The notes under the pieces were generated by a model that was not told the origin of the DNA, searched no databases, and saw only the letters and a program-made list of their open reading frames with translations. From assembly GCA_049975265.1 (NCBI GenBank), contig JBNGDF010000012.1, forward strand, positions 11,082-75,081: 64,000 bases of DNA, given 5' to 3'. Origin of the DNA: Fidelibacterota bacterium. GTDB lineage: Bacteria > Fidelibacterota > UBA2242. Both the position numbers and the translations under genes were made by a program. Shown here piece by piece: positions 57,099-64,000 of this stretch (its first letter is position 1; every line of letters begins with the position of its first letter).

Positions 57099-60000
57099 GT
57101 GTATATTATACGACGAGTTGTCAGTTATTTGCCCGGAGATTCCCGCTTGAACAGAATCCGAATTTTATGTTTTGTGCGCACCCTGGTGGTTTTTCCGATC
57201 GGGCTGTGGTGCGTTATGCTGAGTGCTAAACCCGGAGAGAAATTGCGTCTGGTTGGGGCGGATCGCCTGGAACAGATTACCCGGGGAGAAATTGTGCTGA
57301 AAAAGCTCACGGGCAATGTCCATTTCCGTAAAGGCGAAGTGGACCTGAAGTGCGATCTGGCGTACTGGTACGAAAAGGATGAGCGGGCGGATTTTTATCG
57401 CCATGTTCATGTCACGAAGCGAAATCAGGTTCTGCAAGCCGACACACTGATCTATCTGTCTGCCAGTGAAATCATTCTGGCGCATGGGAATGCGGTTTTT
57501 AATGACGGAGAGGTGAAATTGACGGCGCACCGGCTCAAGCATTATGTGGAGGATGACATTACCGAAGCCGAACGGAATGTGGAGCTCACCGGCACACAGC
57601 GAACGGTGTCGGCGGGGCGCCTGAGTTATTTTTCTGAAGAAGAGAAAGCCATTGCCCGGCAAAATGCCTGCATTCGTGACAGCCGGCGCAATATCACCCT
57701 GTTCGGTGACAGTCTGGTCTATTTTAACGAATCGGAAAACATCGAAGCGAGCCAAAATCCCTATGTTGTCAAGTACGACTCCACCGGCAGGGAGAATTTC
57801 CGGATTCGGGGCGATATTATCCGGGCATATGAAGATCAGGGGCGGTTCCTCAGTATCGGTAATGTCAAAATCTGGCGCGATGACTTCAGTGCTTATGCCG
57901 AGGAACTGGAGTATTACGACTCACTGGAGGTGGCGGAGATGTTCGGCAAGCCAAAGGTGTATCGGGATGGTCAGGACCTGTCCGGTGAGCGGATGAAACT
58001 GCAATTGCAGGACGAATTGCTGCAGGCGCTGTTTATTTATGAAAATGCGGTCGCCGCATCGCGCTCCGTTGCCTATCTGCCCTATGACGAGAGTGACTCC
58101 GTCGCCGTTGCCAATCGCGACTCGGTGCGAATTTATGACGAGATCACCGGTAAATTCATGGAAATCTATTTTGAGGAGGGGCAGACCGATTCGATCCGGG
58201 TTTCGGGGATGGCGACCAGTTATTACAATGTCACCGAGGACAGCGTTATTCAGGGTATCAATATTGCCAGCGGGGATACGGTGATCATGCTGTTTGACGA
58301 CCGGCGCATGCAGCTGATCACCGTGATCGGCGGTGCCGAGGGCAAATTTATTCCCGATCCTACCAATACCAGTATGGATACCACAGTGCTCTATTCCGCC
58401 GCGCGAATTGATTATTATCTCCGGGACAAGATCACTTTCCTGGAGGATCAATCTTCCATCGAATCGGGCGATACGCGCCTGACGGCGGGACGGATCGAGG
58501 TACAATGGAATGAGAACCTGCTCTATGCCTATCCCCGTGGCACGGCGCCCTTTGATTCCCTGTCCGGCGATCTGCCGACCCTTTACCAGACCGGCAGGGA
58601 ACCCTTCGCCGGCGATGAAATGGTTTATAACATGAAGACCAAAAGGGGGCGGATCGTTCAGGGTAAAACCAAAGAACAGGACGGTTTTTATTACGGTGAG
58701 GATATCAGCAAGGTTAATACCAGGGAATTTTATGTCCGCAACGGGGTCTATACCACCTGCGATATTGAAGAGGCGCCTCATTATTATTTTAAAAGCCGGC
58801 AGATGAAGCTGATTCACAAAGATAAAATCATCGCCCGTCCGATTGTACTCTATATTCACGATATACCGTTGTTGGCGTTGCCGTTCGGCATTTTTCCCAA
58901 CAAGGGGGGACGGCGCCATTCCGGCTGGCTGATGCCGACCTACGGCGAGAGCGGTCGGGACGGCGGCAATATCCGCGGACTGGGCTATTTCTGGGCGCCC
59001 AATGACTATGTTGATCTGAAATTGACGCTGGATTTCTACGATCGGGTGGGCATTATCACGAAATATGCCACGCGTTACAAAAAGCGCTATGTCTTCGACG
59101 GCTCGATCAGCGGGCGGTATACCAACGAGTTTCTGTCCGATTACATGCGCCGGGAGTGGACCCTGAATGTCTGCCACAACCACAAACTCAGCCCAACGAT
59201 GCGCTTCAACGCCAACGGCAGCTTCGTCAGCAGCGATGATCTGTACAAGCGCATGAGCTACAATCAGAGCGATCGCCTGAAACAGCAGCTGATCAGTAAT
59301 GCCACACTGTCGAAAACCTGGCCGGGAAAACCCTATTCGCTGTCCATGTCGCTGAACCAGACCATCAATCTCCAGGCGCAGAATCTGATCGCCAGTCCAC
59401 CGGAACGGGAGGGACAGAGAGTCAGCTATATCAGCCGATCGCTGCCCAATGTCTCGTTCAGCCGCAGCTCCAGACCGATCATTCCGCTGTCGTCGGGTAG
59501 CAGCGCCTCCGGCGGAAGGTGGTACAATAATGTCTATTTCAGTCTGAGTTCGAAATTACGCAACAACCAGAATATCAGCTACCTGGCGGAAACCCTGAAT
59601 GACTCGTTGCAATGGGTGAAGCAGAATATCACCCGCAGTGCGATTACCCATAATATTTCTCTGAACAGTTCACAGAGGGTATTGAAATTTATTACGTTAA
59701 ACCAGAATATGAGTATTGAAGAGGGCTGGGTCAGGGAATACGACATGCCGATGCTGGACTCCGGCTGTTTTGTAATCGAAAATAACCGGGTGAAAACGGC
59801 GCCGGTCACCGGATTCAGGGCTCGGCATACCGGCAGCGCTTCCATGAGTGCCCAGACGAAACTGTACGGCATGTTTCCGCTGCGGATCGGCAGTCTGCAG
59901 GCGCTGCGGCATGTGATCACCCCCCGGGTGGGACTTTCCTACCGACCCGATTTCACCGGCGAGATTCTGGGCTGGAATCCCGGGTATATCGAAACCGGTG

Positions 60001-60863
60001 AGGATTCGAGTGGAAACCCATGGTCGTATGATCCTTTCAGCAGTACTTTATTAGGCGGCACACCGTCAGGAGAATCGCGCGCCATGACTTTCAGTCTCGG
60101 GAATATCTTTCAGGCAAAAACAAAACGGGGTGACAAGGAGAACAAAATTGATCTGTTTACGATGAATTTCAGTGCAAATCACAATTTTGCCGCCGATAGC
60201 CTGAACTGGTCACCCATCAGCACCTCGATCCGGACGCAATTATCCAAAAAACTGGTGCTGAATGTGAGCGCCAGCCACGATCTCTATGCATTCAAAAATC
60301 GCCGGGTGAATGAATGGCACGACCAGTGGCATGGTATTCCCATTCCCCGGCTGACCAATGTGAGTGCCTCCACCGGTTTTTCGCTGTCGGGACGCCGCTT
60401 TGGTGCCCTGAGAACAGCGGACGCCGCTTCCGATACCGGGAGGGTTGACCGCGATCTGCTGGATGTGGTTGTCGATGATAAGGAACCGCTGGATCAATTT
60501 ACCCGGCGCGCCCAGGGCGGTGAATTGTGGAGCGCCAGCTTCAGTCTGCGCTACAGCCTTTCCCGGGCGAATCCGGCAATTAAAAGTGAGACCTTTTTCA
60601 TGTCCACCAATGTAAAGCTGAACCTGAGTTCCAAATGGAAAATCGGCTGGAATGCCAGTGTAGACCTGGTTGACAGAGTGATCGTTTCGCAGCGCTTCCA
60701 GATTACCCGCGACCTGCATTGCTGGGAACTGAGTTTCAGTTGGACGCCGAGCAAATACAGCTACGCCAGCCAGTATAATCTGATCATCAATGTCAAATCG
60801 CCGACGCTAAGGGATTTAAAGTACGAAGAGCGGGGCGGTCGCCGCAGTGGATGGGGATCGTGA
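57099..60863 (+). CDS. lptD: LPS assembly protein LptD with extended OstA-like N-terminus (start uncertain)
   Basis: OstA repeats (GNVHF, LQADTL); YTTCD...PHY, SGWLMP.YG, GYFW, ITRDLHCW. Confidence 0.85.
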   Translation: MYIIRRVVSYLPGDSRLNRIRILCFVRTLVVFPIGLWCVMLSAKPGEKLRLVGADRLEQITRGEIVLKKLTGNVHFRKGEVDLKCDLAYWYEKDERADFYRHVHVTKRNQVLQADTLIYLSASEIILAHGNAVFNDGEVKLTAHRLKHYVEDDITEAERNVELTGTQRTVSAGRLSYFSEEEKAIARQNACIRDSRRNITLFGDSLVYFNESENIEASQNPYVVKYDSTGRENFRIRGDIIRAYEDQGRFLSIGNVKIWRDDFSAYAEELEYYDSLEVAEMFGKPKVYRDGQDLSGERMKLQLQDELLQALFIYENAVAASRSVAYLPYDESDSVAVANRDSVRIYDEITGKFMEIYFEEGQTDSIRVSGMATSYYNVTEDSVIQGINIASGDTVIMLFDDRRMQLITVIGGAEGKFIPDPTNTSMDTTVLYSAARIDYYLRDKITFLEDQSSIESGDTRLTAGRIEVQWNENLLYAYPRGTAPFDSLSGDLPTLYQTGREPFAGDEMVYNMKTKRGRIVQGKTKEQDGFYYGEDISKVNTREFYVRNGVYTTCDIEEAPHYYFKSRQMKLIHKDKIIARPIVLYIHDIPLLALPFGIFPNKGGRRHSGWLMPTYGESGRDGGNIRGLGYFWAPNDYVDLKLTLDFYDRVGIITKYATRYKKRYVFDGSISGRYTNEFLSDYMRREWTLNVCHNHKLSPTMRFNANGSFVSSDDLYKRMSYNQSDRLKQQLISNATLSKTWPGKPYSLSMSLNQTINLQAQNLIASPPEREGQRVSYISRSLPNVSFSRSSRPIIPLSSGSSASGGRWYNNVYFSLSSKLRNNQNISYLAETLNDSLQWVKQNITRSAITHNISLNSSQRVLKFITLNQNMSIEEGWVREYDMPMLDSGCFVIENNRVKTAPVTGFRARHTGSASMSAQTKLYGMFPLRIGSLQALRHVITPRVGLSYRPDFTGEILGWNPGYIETGEDSSGNPWSYDPFSSTLLGGTPSGESRAMTFSLGNIFQAKTKRGDKENKIDLFTMNFSANHNFAADSLNWSPISTSIRTQLSKKLVLNVSASHDLYAFKNRRVNEWHDQWHGIPIPRLTNVSASTGFSLSGRRFGALRTADAASDTGRVDRDLLDVVVDDKEPLDQFTRRAQGGELWSASFSLRYSLSRANPAIKSETFFMSTNVKLNLSSKWKIGWNASVDLVDRVIVSQRFQITRDLHCWELSFSWTPSKYSYASQYNLIINVKSPTLRDLKYEERGGRRSGWGS

Positions 60864-61042
60864 TTCAATAAATGAGGTTAACAACAATGCGGCTCATGAT
60901 TGACGAAAAAGGGCAACATACCGCAAAATTTTGTGTCCAAGCGCAATTGATAGTTAAAAAAAAATGTGTAATTTTCAATTTCAATTCCGGAATAATTGTG
61001 AAACGGTTACAGTTTAGCCCAACATTTTAACAGGATTGTGCG

Positions 61043-62809
61043 ATGCCGCTGAGTATCATCCCCTTTATCATCCCCATGATCGCCGCAATTGTGATCTCTC
61101 TGCTTGTGCTGATGTATGCTATTCGCCATCGGGACGCCGTCGGTTCCCGGGCGTTTATTGTGCTGATGAGTGCCGTAACCCTTTGGCAGCTCGCCTATCT
61201 GTTTTGGTTGCTGTCAGTTAATCCGTCTATTAAAGTTCTCTTTGACAAGATCAGTTATATCGGCGTGATGCTGGTGGCGCCGGGCTGGTTTTGGTTTGCG
61301 CTTTTGTATGCAGGAGAAAAGCGGTGGGTGACCCCGCGCTGGATATGCGTTACCCTGGTTCTGCCTGTGTGTATGCTGGTTCTGGCATGGACCAATGAAT
61401 ATCATTGGCTGATCTGGCGGGACTACGATTTTTACAATGTCGGTAGCGTAGTTTTACAGCATGTTCATTACGGACCCGCCTTTTGGGTTATCATCGCCTA
61501 TTCTTACCTGTTGCTGTTAATCGGCTCCTATCTGATTATCAGAACCGTATCACGTACGACGCGGTATTATCGTAACCAATCGTTGTTCCTGCTAATCGGC
61601 GCGCTGTTGCCATGGGCGGGCAATATTCTCTATGTTTTTAAAGTAATTGACATTCCCGGTCTGGATTTTACCCCGTTTATGCTGGGAGTATCGGGAATTT
61701 GTGTCGGCATCGGACTGTTCTTTTTTCACCTGCTGAGTATTGTCCCCATTGCCCGTAAGACGCTGATTGATAAGACCGAAGACGGTTTGTTGATTCTGGA
61801 CGGGACCAGTCGTGTGGTGGACCTGAATCCAGCCTGTCGTAAAATCCTGGGTATTCGGGAGAGTAAAGTCATCGGTGAACAGCTCACTAAGGTCTGGGAA
61901 AACAGCCCGCTGCTGGAAAAATATATTGATAAAATGAAAGCGCACAGTGTTGAGCAGGTCGAGCGGTTTGGGGAGCTCTTCTACTATGATGTCCGAATTC
62001 AGCCACTTTACAAAGACAATGGCACCTTTTTGGGGCGGCTGGTCACGATTCGGGATATTACCGAGATTCGGCGCTCCCAGATGGACCGGGACCGTATTCA
62101 GAAACTCGAAACCTTTGAAATCATGGCGGGCGGCATCGTCCACGATTTTCACAATCATCTCTCCATTATTGACGGCAATCTGAAACTCATCGAAATGGCG
62201 CTGGCTGATGGTGGGGACATTAACAGATATCTCGGAAAAATACAGGAGGCGACCCAAAAAGCCAACACCGTAACCCGACAACTGCTGACTTTTACCAAAG
62301 GAATTGAACCGCAGAAAAAGATTATCAATCTGGCTGATCTGTTAAAAGAGACCGCCGAGCTGCTTCTCAGCGCCAGCGAGGTAAAATACGAGTTGAATAT
62401 TGCGGAAGATTTATGGGCGATTGATGCGGATAAGGACCTCTTAACACAGGTCTTTAGCAATCTGATCATCAATGCCGATCAGGCGATGCCTGGTGGCGGA
62501 ATCTTGAAAATCAGGGCGTTCAATGTGCAAACCGCCGCCGAACTGCCGGAAATCCTCAATCCCCGGTTTCGGTATGTCAAAATCTGTTTCAGAGATCAGG
62601 GTGTGGGAATTCCCGAAGACCAGCTGGTCCGGATTTTTGATCCCTATTTTACCACCAAAGCGAGGGGCAGCGGTTTGGGACTGGCGGTCAGTTTTGCAAT
62701 TGTTAAAAAACATAATGGGTATATTTCAGTACAGTCTGTATTGGGCAAGGGTACGACCTTTACCGTATTTTTGCCGGTTGTAACGTCTGAAGACAAAATG
62801 ATAGATTAA
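61043..62809 (+). CDS. Sensor histidine kinase (7TM N-terminus, PAS, HisKA, HATPase)
   Basis: LAWTNEYH, GIVHDFHN, NLIINA, DQGVG, PYFTTK, GSGLGL, GKGTTF. Confidence 0.92.
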   Translation: MPLSIIPFIIPMIAAIVISLLVLMYAIRHRDAVGSRAFIVLMSAVTLWQLAYLFWLLSVNPSIKVLFDKISYIGVMLVAPGWFWFALLYAGEKRWVTPRWICVTLVLPVCMLVLAWTNEYHWLIWRDYDFYNVGSVVLQHVHYGPAFWVIIAYSYLLLLIGSYLIIRTVSRTTRYYRNQSLFLLIGALLPWAGNILYVFKVIDIPGLDFTPFMLGVSGICVGIGLFFFHLLSIVPIARKTLIDKTEDGLLILDGTSRVVDLNPACRKILGIRESKVIGEQLTKVWENSPLLEKYIDKMKAHSVEQVERFGELFYYDVRIQPLYKDNGTFLGRLVTIRDITEIRRSQMDRDRIQKLETFEIMAGGIVHDFHNHLSIIDGNLKLIEMALADGGDINRYLGKIQEATQKANTVTRQLLTFTKGIEPQKKIINLADLLKETAELLLSASEVKYELNIAEDLWAIDADKDLLTQVFSNLIINADQAMPGGGILKIRAFNVQTAAELPEILNPRFRYVKICFRDQGVGIPEDQLVRIFDPYFTTKARGSGLGLAVSFAIVKKHNGYISVQSVLGKGTTFTVFLPVVTSEDKMID

Positions 62810-62811
62810 CC

Positions 62812-63888
62812 ATGAATACTCATTTTAAACAATTTTTGCAAACAGCTGCCGGGTGCCGGGTGCTGTTTGGCGTCATTGTCTTATTTGGCGGTCTCTTTTT
62901 GACTTCCTGCTCCCGGCAGATTTATCAGGCGGCGTATCCCACCCTGAATGACGGGATTTACGATACGGAGTTTCCCTACCGGAACTGCTCGAAGGAGTTG
63001 AAGCAGATCGGCGAGACCGTGAAAATGATCAACGCCATCGCCTATTACAAGAGTTATGTCTTTGATAAATCCGTGCAGCTGCTGCGCTGGAATATTACTC
63101 CGGAAGTGCTGAACAAAGAGGCGGTGGAGCACATCTATTTTAACAATTCCACTTCCGGTACTGCGACGATCATTTATCACGAAGGCAACCGGATTGCGCT
63201 TTTGACCTGTGCCCATATTGTCAGCTTCCCGGATACCATTGTCAGTTACCATACGCTGTCGGACGGCAAGCCGAGTATTTTTATTCAGTCGGTTGCTGTC
63301 AAAGAGCGTCAGTCCAATTATGTTTCCGATCTCTGGAAAATACCGGAGGTGAAGGTATTGATCGCCGATCAGGAACACGATATTGCTGTCCTGGGTGGCA
63401 AGCTGCTCGGCTCGGAATTCCCGCTGATTCCGGTTTTTGACTATCCCCTTGGTCGTGCGGCGGAGCTGGAGTGGGGCAGTTTCGTCTACCTGCTGGGCTT
63501 TCCCAGGGGATACAAAATGATTACCCGGGGAATTGTCAGCGATCCCAACCGCAGCAAATATGGCGAGTTTATCGTGGATGCGCTCTTTAATCGCGGGTGC
63601 AGCGGCGGACTGATTCTGGCTGTGCGGGACGGGGTGCCTAACTTTGAATTTGTCGGCATCGCCCGTTCTGCGGCGGCGGAATACGAATATGTTGTCCGCC
63701 CTTCCAAAAACTTTGACCAGACCAAACACGATCTGAACTTTCCCTACGGCGGCGAGCTGTATATTGATTATCGGGCGAACATCAATTACGGTGTCACTCA
63801 CATCATCCCGGTTGAACAGATTCGGGAATTTTTCCGGGTAAACCGGCAGGCACTGGCGGCGATGGGTTACGATTTATCCCGGTTTTAA
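62812..63888 (+). CDS. Trypsin-like serine protease domain lipoprotein
   Basis: LTSC lipobox; LTCAH, DIAVL, LGFP, NRGCSGG. Confidence 0.8.
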   Translation: MNTHFKQFLQTAAGCRVLFGVIVLFGGLFLTSCSRQIYQAAYPTLNDGIYDTEFPYRNCSKELKQIGETVKMINAIAYYKSYVFDKSVQLLRWNITPEVLNKEAVEHIYFNNSTSGTATIIYHEGNRIALLTCAHIVSFPDTIVSYHTLSDGKPSIFIQSVAVKERQSNYVSDLWKIPEVKVLIADQEHDIAVLGGKLLGSEFPLIPVFDYPLGRAAELEWGSFVYLLGFPRGYKMITRGIVSDPNRSKYGEFIVDALFNRGCSGGLILAVRDGVPNFEFVGIARSAAAEYEYVVRPSKNFDQTKHDLNFPYGGELYIDYRANINYGVTHIIPVEQIREFFRVNRQALAAMGYDLSRF

Positions 63889-64000
63889 GAGAAATAGCAA
63901 TTATTACACTATATTTTTTCGCCCGGCTCGCCGCCCGGCAAGGTCCTTCAGAGTTCTTTGAAATGAATTCCCGACGGTCTCATTGAGACTGCGGAATTCG

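Noticed and set aside
57921..59183. 420-aa antisense ORF (also 62881..63801, 51046..51819, 8525..9289, 1899..2666)
   Set aside because: Shadows of well-supported opposite-strand genes with no recognisable motifs.
63889..64000. Gene end at the right edge
   Set aside because: Too short to assign a frame or product.

Overview
A 64-kb chromosomal window from a diderm bacterium. Four secreted proteins carry C-terminal (Y/F)PNPFN (T9SS type-A/FlgD-like) sorting domains and there is a long LptD, which suggests an FCB-associated lineage such as Marinimicrobia/KSB1 (inference). Left: aromatic amino-acid genes (aroC, aroE, chorismate mutase-prephenate dehydrogenase, trpB2). The CM-PDH operon and trpB2 each sit behind a probably leaderless attenuator peptide that the ORF track misses (YTTYYYF and WNWWW). 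Middle: secreted modular proteins, housekeeping genes, an S9 peptidase homologue lacking its triad, a three-gene AbrB-AbrB-pseudo-Doc module, and a small accessory region beside tRNA-Asp holding a collapsed BglII/BstYI-type R-M relic and a palindrome-invaded pseudo-tRNA. Right: an ~18-kb phytate/inositol locus. It contains ETF-linked dehydrogenase genes, a GntR-LacI regulator, Thermotoga-type iolG/M/N/O/K, two metallophosphoesterases, an OPA-family transporter, a TonB-dependent receptor and a beta-propeller phytase. A palindromic operator occurs three times, and the locus has two visible lesions. The window ends with lptD, a sensor kinase and a serine protease. No CRISPR array, rRNA, transposase or integrase was seen. 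All family calls come from motif recognition by eye; no searches were run.
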